In this document: piece by piece, positions 18,040 to 27,603 of the stretch
Position numbering within the stretch: position 1 is the stretch's first letter
How the letters are laid out: the number at the start of each line of letters is the position of its first letter
Assembly (NCBI GenBank): GCA_965202805.1
Contig: OZ241869.1
Location: 896,001 to 960,000 of the forward strand
Length of the DNA stretch: 64,000 nt
DNA from: Longimicrobiales bacterium
GTDB taxonomy: Bacteria > Gemmatimonadota > Gemmatimonadetes > Longimicrobiales > Gaopeijiaceae
Reading direction: 5' to 3'
Program-made: the position numbers and the translations under genes
Notes under the pieces: generated by a model
Told to the model about the DNA's origin: nothing
Seen by the model: the letters and a program-made list of their open reading frames with translations, nothing else
Database searches by the model: none

Positions 18040-19430
18040 CGGCCGCCTCCCGAGTCCTTCGCTGATGTGGCGCCCCCGGCCCCATCGCCGGCGGCGGGGC
18101 TTCCCCCGGGCGAACCCCCGCCCCGCCAGCGCATCGCGGCGAACACCGGCACGCCGGCCAGCAGCATCAGGAATCCCCAGAACACGGTCTCGGCGCCCGC
18201 GCCCACCACCGCCCAAAGCGAGAACGCGAACGCGAGCACGCTCACGATCGCCCGCGCGAGGGGGCCTGCAGCCGTACGGCCGCCGATTCGTGACCGGGAG
18301 CGCTCGCGGAGGGCCATGATGAGCCCCGTCATGCTCGTGAAGACGTAGGGCAGCAGCGTCGCCAGGGTGGCCAGCAGGATGAGGAAGGTGAAGGCCTGGA
18401 CCAGGCCCCTGGTATAGTTCATGGCGATGAGGATCGTCGCGATGGCAGCCGACAGGAAGATCCCCGCGACGGGCGTGCCTCTCGGGCCGAGGTGCGCAAA
18501 GCGCGCCGGGAGCAGACCGTCGAGGGCGGCGGCGCGCGGGATCTGGCCGGTGAGCAGAACCCAGCCGTTGAGGGCGCCGAAGCAGGAGATCGTGGCCCCC
18601 GCTCCGATGATCCAGCGTCCCCAGGTCCCCCAGATGGAGCCCGCCGCGTCGGCGAAAGGCGCCGTGGACAGCGCCAGCTCCGCCGGCGCGATGATGCCCA
18701 TGACCGCGGCGGTGCAGGCGATGTAGATGACGGCGGCGATCGACGTCCCGAGGATCGTGGCCCTCGGGATCGTGCGGGCCGGGTCGCGCACGTCGCCTGC
18801 GGGAACGGTTCCCGCCTCGAGCCCCAGAAACGCCCACAGGGTGAGCGCCACCGTCGCCGTTACCGCGCTGAAGGGGCTCTCTCCGGCCGGGTTGAATGGC
18901 TGGAAGTGGTCGGCCTGGAAGTAGAGGAACCCGACGGTGCCGACGGCCGCCAGCGGCAGCAGCTTGAGCACGGTGGTGACGAGCTGCAACAACCCCGCCG
19001 TGCGCACGCCGTGCGCGTTGACCAGCGCGAGAGTCCACAGGGCGGCCAGCGCCGTGGCCAGACCCGCGGCAGGCGAGATCCCCAGCACCGGCCAGAAGAC
19101 GGTCGCGTAGCTCGCGGTGGCGACCGCCAGGGCCGCGTTTCCCGTGAGGAGCGAGATCCAGTAGGACCACGCGATCCAGAAGCCCACGAAGTCGCCGAAT
19201 CCCTCGCGGCCGTACGCATATGGCCCGCCTACCCTCGGCATCGTAGCTCCGAGTCGCGCGAGGACCAGCGCCATGCACATCGCCCCTCCGGCGCTCACCA
19301 GCCACCCCACGATGCTGATGCCCCCGAACGGGGCCAGCGACGCCGGGAGAAGGAAGACGCCCGAGCCGATCATGCTCCCCGCCACCAGGGAGGTGCACAT
19401 CCAAAGCCCGAGCCCCCGCTTGTTCGTCAT
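18036..19430 (-). CDS. APC family amino acid permease (AdiC/PotE-like)
   Basis: GSMIGSGVFLLPASLA, GGPYAY, LWAFLGLE. Confidence 0.9.
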   Translation of the reverse strand: MTNKRGLGLWMCTSLVAGSMIGSGVFLLPASLAPFGGISIVGWLVSAGGAMCMALVLARLGATMPRVGGPYAYGREGFGDFVGFWIAWSYWISLLTGNAALAVATASYATVFWPVLGISPAAGLATALAALWTLALVNAHGVRTAGLLQLVTTVLKLLPLAAVGTVGFLYFQADHFQPFNPAGESPFSAVTATVALTLWAFLGLEAGTVPAGDVRDPARTIPRATILGTSIAAVIYIACTAAVMGIIAPAELALSTAPFADAAGSIWGTWGRWIIGAGATISCFGALNGWVLLTGQIPRAAALDGLLPARFAHLGPRGTPVAGIFLSAAIATILIAMNYTRGLVQAFTFLILLATLATLLPYVFTSMTGLIMALRERSRSRIGGRTAAGPLARAIVSVLAFAFSLWAVVGAGAETVFWGFLMLLAGVPVFAAMRWRGGGSPGGSPAAGDGAGGATSAKDSGGGR

Positions 19431-19510
19431 CCGCTCTGCCTGTTCGCGATCGGGTGTCCGCATCCGTACCCGGTCCGGCGCAACCCGGCCGGCTTCGTGC
19501 CCACCGGTAC

Positions 19511-19538
19511 ATTGTACCATGTTCCTTTTCTCTTCCAA
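19511..19538 (-). promoter_or_regulatory. Putative sigma-70 promoter for the permease operon
   Basis: Minus strand TTGGAA-N16-TACAAT with extended -10 TG, in an AT-rich intergenic patch. Confidence 0.5.
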
Positions 19539-19796
19539 TCGCGAACGTCGGCCAGCCGCGCGTTTGCATGCGGTGGACGAGCGGCGCCACGCACTCACGG
19601 CCGTGATGACCCGCAGCGGCGGCGTAGCGCGGGAGGGAGGGCGGCTTAGCGTGGGACAGGGGCGGCGTCGCACGCGGTGGCTTCCGGGGCTGGCGCGAGA
19701 CCGGCTCGCGGTGGCATCCTGCACGGCGGAGCCTGCACGGGCGTTTTCCGCCAATCCGCAAGCCACCGACGAACCGGAAACCCAGGAGCCCCATCC

Positions 19797-21575
19797 ATGC
19801 GCGAAGCTTCCGCAAGAGCCCGACTTCACCCCGCGGGCGCGGCCACGGCCATCACCCTCGCATGCAGTTGTCTCATCCTTGCCGCGACCGCGTGTGAGAC
19901 GGCGGAGGCGCCGGCCCAGGCCAGCACGTCCGGACAGAGCTCCGGGGAAGTGGTCTTTCCCGCCACCAACCGTCCCGACGTACGCGGCGTCACCGGGGCG
20001 GTATCGGCCGGCCATCCGCTTGCGGCCGCGGCGGGTCACGACGTTTTGCGCCGGGGCGGCAACGCCCTCGACGCGATCATCGCCATGGCCGGGGTGCTGG
20101 CCGTCGTGCGCCCGCACATGAACGGTGTCGGGGGTGACGCCTTCATGATCTACTACGAAGCCGGGAGCGGGCGCGTGTACGCGATGAACGGAAGCGGGCG
20201 CGCCGGCGCGCTGGCCACACCCGGCCTTTTCGCCGAACGCGAACTCGACCGGGTCCCCGGCAACGGTCCCCTCTCGGTCTCGGTGCCCGGCGCGGTGGCC
20301 GCCTGGGTCGACGCCCTGGACCGCTTCGGGACCCGGCCCATGGCGGAGCTGCTGGAGCCCGCCATCGGCTATGCCCGCGACGGCTTCCCGGTCTCCACAC
20401 GGCTCGCCAGCGACATCGCGGGCTCGTCCCGCTCGCTGAACGACCATGCGCGGGCGCTCTACCTGCCCGGCGGAGAGCCGCCGCCGGTGGGCAGCCTGCT
20501 CAGGAACCCCGCGCTGGCCGCCACCCTGGAGCGGATCGCCGCCGACGGCAGGGACGGGTTCTACCACGGCTTCGTAGCCGACCGCATCGGCGCCTTCCTG
20601 GAGGCCGAGGGCGGCTACGTGCGGGCTCCGGACCTGGCGGCGCACACCACCACCTGGGTGGAGCCGCTGCGCGGCGACTACGAGAACCACACCATGCTGG
20701 TGATGCCGCCCAACACCCAGGGCATTGCGCAACTGCAGCTGTTCGAGATGTCGAAATCATTCGACATGAAGGAGTTGGGTCACAATACCTCAAGCTATCT
20801 CCACACCCTCATCGAGATGAAGAAGCTGGCCTTCGCCGACCGCGACCAGTGGGCCGCCGACCCGGAATTCAGCGACATCCCGCTGGATCGCCTGCTCGAC
20901 TCCGACTATCTGGCCCGGCGCGCCGGCATGGTCGACGCGGGCGCCGCAGCGGAGTCGCGTGCGACGGGCCTGGGCGCGGAGATGGCGGCCGGCGAGAGCG
21001 GGTCACCGGACGACTCCGGCGACACCGTCTATCTCACGGCCGTGGACCAGTGGGGCAACGCGGTGAGCTGGATCCAGAGCCTGTTCGCCGGCTTCGGCTC
21101 GGGTCTGCTCGAGCCCGAAACCGGCATCGTGCTCCACAACCGGGGTGCCCTCTTCAACCTGGAAGCGGGTCATCCCAACATCATCGCGCCCGGCAAGCGG
21201 CCGTATCACACCCTGTCGCCCATGATGGCGCTTCGCAGCGACGGAAGCTTCGCCTTCACGCTGGGCACGCCCGGGGGTGACAGCCAGCCGCAGAGCCTGA
21301 TCCAGATCGTCAACAACATGGTGCTCTTCGGAATGACGCCCCAGGCGGCCATCGAAGCGCCCCGATTCCGCAGCTACAACGGGCTCGGCGTGGCCTTCGA
21401 GGACCGCGTCGGTTCGGCCGTGCTGGGAGAACTCGGTGCCCTGGGGCACCAGGTCGAGGTCGTGCACGGGTGGACGGCCACCTTCGGGGGCGCCCACATG
21501 ATCCTCCGGGACCGCGACGGCACCCTTACCGCCGCTTCCGACCCGAGGAGGGAGGCATATGCCATTGCGTACTGA
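19797..21575 (+). CDS. ggt: Gamma-glutamyltransferase
   Basis: GGNALDA, GVGGDAF, MPPNTQG, GD-T nucleophile (GDTVYLTAVD), PGKRPYHTL, GTPGGDSQPQ, SDPRR. Confidence 0.93.
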   Translation: MREASARARLHPAGAATAITLACSCLILAATACETAEAPAQASTSGQSSGEVVFPATNRPDVRGVTGAVSAGHPLAAAAGHDVLRRGGNALDAIIAMAGVLAVVRPHMNGVGGDAFMIYYEAGSGRVYAMNGSGRAGALATPGLFAERELDRVPGNGPLSVSVPGAVAAWVDALDRFGTRPMAELLEPAIGYARDGFPVSTRLASDIAGSSRSLNDHARALYLPGGEPPPVGSLLRNPALAATLERIAADGRDGFYHGFVADRIGAFLEAEGGYVRAPDLAAHTTTWVEPLRGDYENHTMLVMPPNTQGIAQLQLFEMSKSFDMKELGHNTSSYLHTLIEMKKLAFADRDQWAADPEFSDIPLDRLLDSDYLARRAGMVDAGAAAESRATGLGAEMAAGESGSPDDSGDTVYLTAVDQWGNAVSWIQSLFAGFGSGLLEPETGIVLHNRGALFNLEAGHPNIIAPGKRPYHTLSPMMALRSDGSFAFTLGTPGGDSQPQSLIQIVNNMVLFGMTPQAAIEAPRFRSYNGLGVAFEDRVGSAVLGELGALGHQVEVVHGWTATFGGAHMILRDRDGTLTAASDPRREAYAIAY

Positions 21576-21707
21576 GGCCATGCCGCCGGAACCTGCGCCC
21601 CCTACCCATGGTATGGTCATGATGCCAGCCATACTACTGGTTGTGTGCGCGGGGATCGGGGGTTTTGTCGTGGCGCAATCCTCCAGCCAGGCCGGGAAGA
21701 GGACTCC

Positions 21708-22085
21708 ATGACCGCCCTGGCGCGGGGACTGGCAGCGAGCGGAGCCACGCTCGCGCTCCTGGCGGTGGCGCTGGGCGCGTTCGGAGCCCACGCTCTGCGC
21801 GCGCGCCTCGAGCCGCGCGACCTGGAGATCTTCGAGACCGCGGTGCGCTACCAGATGTACCACGCGCTTGCGCTTCTCGGAGTCGCATGGCTGGCCACCC
21901 GCCTGACCGATCCGCTGACCGGCTGGGCGGGATGGCTGATGGTCGCCGGAACGGTGGTCTTCTCCGGCAGCCTCTACCTGCTGGTCCTGACCGGACCCCG
22001 CTGGCTGGGCGCCATCACGCCCATCGGCGGCGTGATGCTCATCGCCGGATGGCTGCTGGTGGTCGTCGCGCTCCTGCGCGCCTAG
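21708..22085 (+). CDS. DUF423 (YgdD/TMEM256) membrane protein
   Basis: LGAFGAHAL, YQMYHAL, FSGSLY, GAITPIGG. Confidence 0.92.
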   Translation: MTALARGLAASGATLALLAVALGAFGAHALRARLEPRDLEIFETAVRYQMYHALALLGVAWLATRLTDPLTGWAGWLMVAGTVVFSGSLYLLVLTGPRWLGAITPIGGVMLIAGWLLVVVALLRA

Positions 22086-22110
22086 CTTAGCTAAGCCCGA
22101 CCAGGCCAGG

Positions 22111-24018
22111 CTAGAACACCACTCGCTTCGGCCTCAACTCGGTGATCCAGATCCCCGAGTTCAGATCCGACGAGTAGATGCGGCCCTTGAAGATCTGGGC
22201 TCCCCAGGTCATGGGCCAGTTGGGCACCACCATGTCGTCGTCCCTGGGGATGAAGGCTGCCACCTCCCTGCCCTGCTCGTAGAGGTTGCCGCGCAGCTCG
22301 CCCGAGATGTCCAGGACGCGCAGCCCCGCCTGGTAGTACCCCAGGTAGAGACGGTCGCCCTCGGCCCAGACGTTGTGCACCCCCGCCTCCGGCACCTCGT
22401 ACCACGCCACCTCGACCGGGTTCTCGATGTCGGAATAGTCCACCACGTGAATGAACCCGCGCGCCTCGATGGGCCGCTCGGGGTCCCACCCCGGCGGGAA
22501 GATCTCGTCGCCGAGATAGAGATAGCGCCCGTGGCGCCACGCCACGTGGGTGTTGCCGATCGGGTACTTGAACTGGCTCACGAAGGCGGGCTCGCGCGCG
22601 GTGCCCTGGTGGGTGCCCGCGCCCACATCCAGCATGATCACGCCGTCGTTCCAGTAGGAGAGGTAGGCGTAGCCGTCCTGCACGATGACGTCGTGCAGCG
22701 TCTTCCCCTGCTTGTCGAGACCCCAGCGGCCGACCTCTACGGGGTTGGCGGGGTCGGAGATGTCGATGATGTGCATGTCGGAAGTGCCGTTGTGGCAGGC
22801 GTATACGAGGTCGTCGTCGCCCAGGATCCACACGTTGTGCACCCCGCCGGTGAGCGTCTCGTCGTAGCGGGAGACGATCTCCGGGTGGGCCGGGTCGGCG
22901 AGGTCGAGGAGCACCATGCCGTTGCGGCGGTTGGAGGCGCCCTCGCGGGTGACGATCCCGACGCGGTTGTCGGGGTGGATCTTGACGTCGTTGATGCGGC
23001 GCGCGTCCAGCTGGATCGAGTCCGTGAGCACCGGCGCGCCGCTGTCGGTGACGTCCCACACCTTCATCCAGTCGTGCATGTAGGTGCCCACATACACATA
23101 GTCGCGCCCGTCCACGCCCTCGAACGCCCACATGTCACCGGAGTGGTGTGAGGAGATCGGCCCCCGCCCCACCTGGATCAGCTCCGAATCGGAGATGCGC
23201 TCGGTCACCTCCACGCTGGCGGTGCGCACCACGCCCTCCCCGATCACCGCGTACACGACGTAACGACCCGGGTCTTCCGCCACGAACACGCCCTCCGCGC
23301 CGTCGGCGTCGATCTGAGCGCCCACCCCCGCCACCGTCCAGGCGGGCATCAGCTCGGGGCCACCTGCGCCCGAGGGCAGGCTGGCGGCCGCGCGGAAGCG
23401 GACCACGTCGCCGGTGCGCACCGTGGATGCCGCCGGCGCCAGCTCGTATGCGAACCCGGGGTCCGCCTCCACGGTGACCTCGACCGCCTCTTCCGCATCG
23501 CCCGACCGGACCGTGATGGTCGCGTTCCCGGGAGCCAGGCCGTACACGCGCCCGAGCGCGTCCACGCTGGCCACCGCGGGGGCGCCGGAAGTGAAGGACG
23601 CGACCGGCGCGTCCAGCGCCTCCCCCAGCCGGGTGGTGGCCGACAGCAGGAGCGGTACGCTCGTTCCCGCGATGATCGGACCGGGCGCGGCCACCTCCAG
23701 GGTGGCGGCTCCCAGCTGCGGCACGGTCAGATCGGCGAACCCCGCCACGGTGGTTCCGACCATGGCGGCCACCTGGCCCTTCCCCGGCCGCAGCCCGGTC
23801 ACACGGCCGGATTCATCCACCGACAGGAGCTCGGGGGTAACGGACACCCAGGTGACGGCGACGCCCTCGATGACCGCTCCTTCGGCGTCCAGAACGCGGG
23901 CGGTGAGTGTAAGCGCGGCGTCGACAGCGACCTCCGCGGTGGCGGGAAGCACCTCGACCCGTTCGGGCACGGCCTGAAGCGCGACGGTGAGCACGAGCGC
24001 GTGAGCGAAGGACATCAT
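22111..24018 (-). CDS. Exported protein with Ig-like (Big_2) domains and LVIVD-repeat propeller
   Basis: VTWVS...VDESGRVTG repeats; IIDISDPANP, LLDLADPAHP and VLDISG repeats; signal peptide. Confidence 0.8.
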   Translation of the reverse strand: MMSFAHALVLTVALQAVPERVEVLPATAEVAVDAALTLTARVLDAEGAVIEGVAVTWVSVTPELLSVDESGRVTGLRPGKGQVAAMVGTTVAGFADLTVPQLGAATLEVAAPGPIIAGTSVPLLLSATTRLGEALDAPVASFTSGAPAVASVDALGRVYGLAPGNATITVRSGDAEEAVEVTVEADPGFAYELAPAASTVRTGDVVRFRAAASLPSGAGGPELMPAWTVAGVGAQIDADGAEGVFVAEDPGRYVVYAVIGEGVVRTASVEVTERISDSELIQVGRGPISSHHSGDMWAFEGVDGRDYVYVGTYMHDWMKVWDVTDSGAPVLTDSIQLDARRINDVKIHPDNRVGIVTREGASNRRNGMVLLDLADPAHPEIVSRYDETLTGGVHNVWILGDDDLVYACHNGTSDMHIIDISDPANPVEVGRWGLDKQGKTLHDVIVQDGYAYLSYWNDGVIMLDVGAGTHQGTAREPAFVSQFKYPIGNTHVAWRHGRYLYLGDEIFPPGWDPERPIEARGFIHVVDYSDIENPVEVAWYEVPEAGVHNVWAEGDRLYLGYYQAGLRVLDISGELRGNLYEQGREVAAFIPRDDDMVVPNWPMTWGAQIFKGRIYSSDLNSGIWITELRPKRVVF

Positions 24019-24083
24019 CTGCTTTACCTCGGATGACGGAACATGAAGGCAGGCTGCCACTTGCGGCCCGCGACCTCTCGAAG

Positions 24084-24157
24084 TGCCCCCGGCAGGACTC
24101 GAACCTGCGGCCCCCGGATTAGGAATCCGGTGCTCTGTCCACCTGAGCTACGGAGGC
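24084..24157 (-). tRNA. tRNA-Arg(CCT)
   Basis: Cloverleaf GCCTCCG...CCGGA-TT-CCT-AA-TCCGG...GGTTCGAGTCC; CCA not encoded. Confidence 0.95.
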
Positions 24158-24188
24158 GCGCGCGAACCCCATTCTACCGCCGTCCGCT

Positions 24189-24773
24189 TCAGCGGAGCAA
24201 CGCCACCACCGCAAAGCCCGCCACCAGGAGAATGCCGAAGACCCAGGTGAAGGTGTTGAAATGGCGGTCGATCGCGTCTCTCAAAGCGGAACCCCACCGG
24301 TAGACCAGACCTCCCAGGACGAAGAAGCGCAGTCCCCGAGAGACGCAGCTGGCCAGCACGAACACCGGGAAGTCGATGGCGAACACCCCGGCCGAGAGCG
24401 TGAATACCTTGTACGGCAGCGGCGTCAGGCCCGCCAGGAAGATCACCCAGAAGTCGTAGCGCCCATACAGCCCCTGCACGCGCGCGAAGCTCTCCGGCGA
24501 CACGCCGGGGACATGGTCGAAGAAGAACTGGTCGAAGAGATGCCACGCACCCGCTCCGATGCCGTAGCCGATCACCCCGCCCAGGACCGACGCCGCCGTG
24601 GTCAGCGCCGCGAAGCGCATGGAGGCCGCGGGAGCGCCCAGACAGAGCGCCAGCAGCAGCGGATCGGGCGGAATCGGGAACACGGACGACTCGGCCAGCG
24701 CGAGCACCGCCAGCGCCCAGGCGCCGTACGGCGTCCCGGCCCAGCCAAGCACCCAGTCGTAGAGACGGCGCAT
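24189..24773 (-). CDS. YqaA/DedA family membrane protein
   Basis: AESSVFPIPPD, GLTPLPYKVF, SRGLRFF. Confidence 0.9.
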   Translation of the reverse strand: MRRLYDWVLGWAGTPYGAWALAVLALAESSVFPIPPDPLLLALCLGAPAASMRFAALTTAASVLGGVIGYGIGAGAWHLFDQFFFDHVPGVSPESFARVQGLYGRYDFWVIFLAGLTPLPYKVFTLSAGVFAIDFPVFVLASCVSRGLRFFVLGGLVYRWGSALRDAIDRHFNTFTWVFGILLVAGFAVVALLR

Positions 24774-24793
24774 CAGGGAGCGGGATCCCCTGG

Positions 24794-25540
24794 CTACAAC
24801 ATCAGGTCCCACGCCCGCACCTCTTCGAGAAGCCTGTAGTTGGTGAGGTCGAGGTGGAGCGGGGTCACCGAAACGTATCCCTCCTCCACGGCACGGAAAT
24901 CCGAATCCGCGGAGCCGCTCCACGCCGGGGTGGATGCCCCGATCCAGTAGTACTGCTTCCCCATCGGATCGCGGCCGCGCATCAGCGAGTCGCTGTACCT
25001 GCGGCGCCCCAGCCGCGTGACCCGCACCCCCTTCGCTTCCGCCGGGGGAATCGGGGGGAGGTTGACGTTGAAGAGGGTGTCGGTGGGGAAGGGTCTGGCC
25101 AGCACCTGCTTGAGGAGATCGGACAGAGGTTCGGACCAGCCGAGACCCTCCGTCAGGTCGCGTCCGGCGTAGGAAACCGAAACCGACGGGATGCCGAGCA
25201 CGGTCGCTTCCATGGCAGCCGCCACCGTGCCCGAATAGAGGACGTCCTCCCCCATGTTGGAGCCGTGGTTGACCCCCGAGAAACAGACCGACGGGCGCTC
25301 CCGCAGGAGCGCGCTGAGCGCCAGGATGACGCAGTCCGTGGGCGTGCCGTCGACCACGGAAACGCCGCCCGGTCCGGTTCGGGCGCGCAGTGGATGATGC
25401 AGCGTGAGCGAATGGCTGGTCGCGCTCTGCTCGCGGTCGGGCGCCACCACATGCACGGAGCCGAGCCGTCGCGCGGCGCTCTGCAGGATGGCCAGGCCCG
25501 GAGCCATGTAGCCGTCATCGTTCGTGCACAGGATGTGCAT
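24794..25540 (-). CDS. surE: 5'/3'-nucleotidase SurE
   Basis: ILCTNDDG, GTPTDCV, SGVNHGSN, YSGTVAAA, SVTPL. Confidence 0.96.
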   Translation of the reverse strand: MHILCTNDDGYMAPGLAILQSAARRLGSVHVVAPDREQSATSHSLTLHHPLRARTGPGGVSVVDGTPTDCVILALSALLRERPSVCFSGVNHGSNMGEDVLYSGTVAAAMEATVLGIPSVSVSYAGRDLTEGLGWSEPLSDLLKQVLARPFPTDTLFNVNLPPIPPAEAKGVRVTRLGRRRYSDSLMRGRDPMGKQYYWIGASTPAWSGSADSDFRAVEEGYVSVTPLHLDLTNYRLLEEVRAWDLML

Positions 25541-25549
25541 GCGCGCTGG

Positions 25550-25921
25550 TCAGGAACCGCCGGTCTGGCCGGGAGGGGAAAGGATGTCCATCAACTCTGC
25601 CAGATCATTCTTGAGCTGGCTGCGGAGTTCGGGCGCGAGCGCCGACTTGCGGGCCTCCTGGAGGCCTCCCGTCCTGCGCATTCGAGCCAGTTCCTGGCGG
25701 GCACCCTCCACGGTGTACTTGTCTTCGTAGAGCAGGCGCTTGAGCAGAAGCACCAATTCGACTTCCCGGGGACGATAGACGCGGTTGCCGGCCTGGTTCT
25801 TTACGGGGCGAAGCAGCTCGAATCGCGTTTCCCAGTAGCGCAGCACATGCGCCTGGATTCCGGTGAGGTCACACACTTCGCCGATGGAATAGTACGCACG
25901 CGGCGCGATCGGTTCGCTCAA
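25550..25921 (-). CDS. MerR family transcriptional regulator
   Basis: YYSIGEV...HVLRYWE...GNRVY helix-turn-helix. Confidence 0.9.
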   Translation of the reverse strand: MSEPIAPRAYYSIGEVCDLTGIQAHVLRYWETRFELLRPVKNQAGNRVYRPREVELVLLLKRLLYEDKYTVEGARQELARMRRTGGLQEARKSALAPELRSQLKNDLAELMDILSPPGQTGGS

Positions 25922-25955
25922 TGGCTCCTCCCGGGCCCCTCGACCGGAAGCGCGA

Positions 25956-26975
25956 TCACGACCAGTGTTCCGGCTTGGGATCCCGCATCATGAGGTGGTT
26001 CGCCGCCTCGGCGGGGTCCGTTCTCCCCATCAGGATATCGTAAACCTGGCTGCAGATCGGCATCTCCACCCGATACCTGGCGGCCAGCTCGTGCACGGCC
26101 TCCGCCGTCTTCACACCCTCCGCCACCGCCGTCATGCCGCCGAGGATGTCGTCCAGGGTACGCCCCCGGCCGAGCTCGAAGCCCACGGTGCGGTTGCGGC
26201 TCACGTGGCCGGTGCAGGTAAGGACCAGGTCGCCCATCCCCGCCAACCCGGAAAAAGTGGGTGGACGCGCGCCCATGGCAACCCCGAGCCGCGTGATTTC
26301 GGCCAGTCCGCGGGTGATCAGGGCACAGAGCGTGTTGTGCCCGAAACCGTGGCCCGCCACCACCCCGGCGGCGAGCGCGATCACGTTCTTGAGCGCGCCG
26401 CCCAGCTCGACCCCGATCACGTCGTCGTTGGTGTACACGCGAAAGCTGGGGCCCTGAAGGGCGGCCTGGACCAGCAGGCGGGCCTCCTCCGACCGGCTCG
26501 CCGCCACCACCGCGGTGGGCTGGCCGCGCACGACCTCCGCCGCGAAGCTGGGACCCGAGAGCACGGTCAGGCGCTCGCTCTGTCGCGGCGTGAGCAGCTC
26601 GGCCATCACCTCGTCCATGCGCCGCAGCGTCGCGATCTCGATCCCCTTGGAGGCCGACACCACCACGGCATCGGGCTCCAGGAAGGGCGCGGCGCGTCCC
26701 ACGACGGCCCCGGCGTACTGCGCGGGGCTCACCGACATGACGATCTCCGCGCCGGCGACGGCTCGCTCCATCTCTCCGGTTGCGTCCAACCCGCGCGGGA
26801 GTTCGATGCCCGCCAGGAAGGTCTGATTCACGCCGCGTTCCCGGATCTGCCGCACGACCTCCGGCTCGCGCGCCCACAGGCAGACCTCGTGCCCCCGGCC
26901 GGCAGCGAGCGCGGCCAGGGCCGTCCCCCAGCTGCCGGCGCCCAGCACGCCGATCCTGTGGACGGGGTCAGTCAC
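25956..26975 (-). CDS. gpsA: NAD(P)H-dependent glycerol-3-phosphate dehydrogenase
   Basis: GAGSWGTALA, SGPSFAAEV, GGALKNVIA, GLAGMGDLVLTC. Confidence 0.96.
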   Translation of the reverse strand: MTDPVHRIGVLGAGSWGTALAALAAGRGHEVCLWAREPEVVRQIRERGVNQTFLAGIELPRGLDATGEMERAVAGAEIVMSVSPAQYAGAVVGRAAPFLEPDAVVVSASKGIEIATLRRMDEVMAELLTPRQSERLTVLSGPSFAAEVVRGQPTAVVAASRSEEARLLVQAALQGPSFRVYTNDDVIGVELGGALKNVIALAAGVVAGHGFGHNTLCALITRGLAEITRLGVAMGARPPTFSGLAGMGDLVLTCTGHVSRNRTVGFELGRGRTLDDILGGMTAVAEGVKTAEAVHELAARYRVEMPICSQVYDILMGRTDPAEAANHLMMRDPKPEHWS

Positions 26976-27603
26976 GTTCGCCCCGGCGGGCGCGGCGATC
27001 GTCCCGGATGCGCCCTTCCTCGCCCCTCAGCAGTCGCCCGATGTTGGACCGGTGCGCCCAGACGATGAAGGCGCCGGCGAGGACCGCAAACCCCGTAACC
27101 CATCGATCCCCGGCGCCACCCGCGGCATTCCCCACCAGCACCGTGGCCGGAAGCGCGACCGCCGCCGCGATCGATGCCAGCGAAACGATGCCCCGCGCCG
27201 CGAAGACCAGCACCCAGACCAGCGCGGCGGCCAGCACGGCGAGCGGCGACAGCGCGAGGAAGGCCCCGGCGGCGGTGGCCACGCCCTTCCCGCCCCGGAA
27301 ACGCATCCAGCAGGAGAAGGTGTGTCCGAGGATCGCGGCGGTCCCGTACGCCACCGCCCATCCATCCGCGGCGCCGCCGTCCAGCATCGGAAACACCCAG
27401 GCCGGCACCCATCCCTTGCCGATGTCCACCAGCGCGACCGGAACCGCCACGCGCAGCCCCAGCGCCCGATAGACGTTGGTCGCGCCCAGGTTGCCGCTGC
27501 CCTCGCGGCGCAGGTCCATTCCGCCGATCGCCTTGCCGACGACGTAGCTGGTGGGGAGTGATCCCGCGAAATAGGCGGCCAGCACCCAGATCCATGGGGT
27601 CAT
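26968..27603 (-). CDS. plsY: Glycerol-3-phosphate acyltransferase PlsY
   Basis: GSGNLGATN, FRGGKGVAT, HRSNIGRL. Confidence 0.95.
   Translation of the reverse strand: MTPWIWVLAAYFAGSLPTSYVVGKAIGGMDLRREGSGNLGATNVYRALGLRVAVPVALVDIGKGWVPAWVFPMLDGGAADGWAVAYGTAAILGHTFSCWMRFRGGKGVATAAGAFLALSPLAVLAAALVWVLVFAARGIVSLASIAAAVALPATVLVGNAAGGAGDRWVTGFAVLAGAFIVWAHRSNIGRLLRGEEGRIRDDRRARRGERD

Noticed and set aside
17122..20732. 897-aa and 898-aa ORFs suggesting large fusions
   Set aside because: Upstream parts are off-frame to the permease or antisense to ggt; stop-codon scarcity at high GC explains them.
9145..24157. Genomic island integrated at tRNA-Arg or at dif
   Set aside because: No integrase, no duplicated tRNA 3' end or second dif seen, and composition resembles the flanks.
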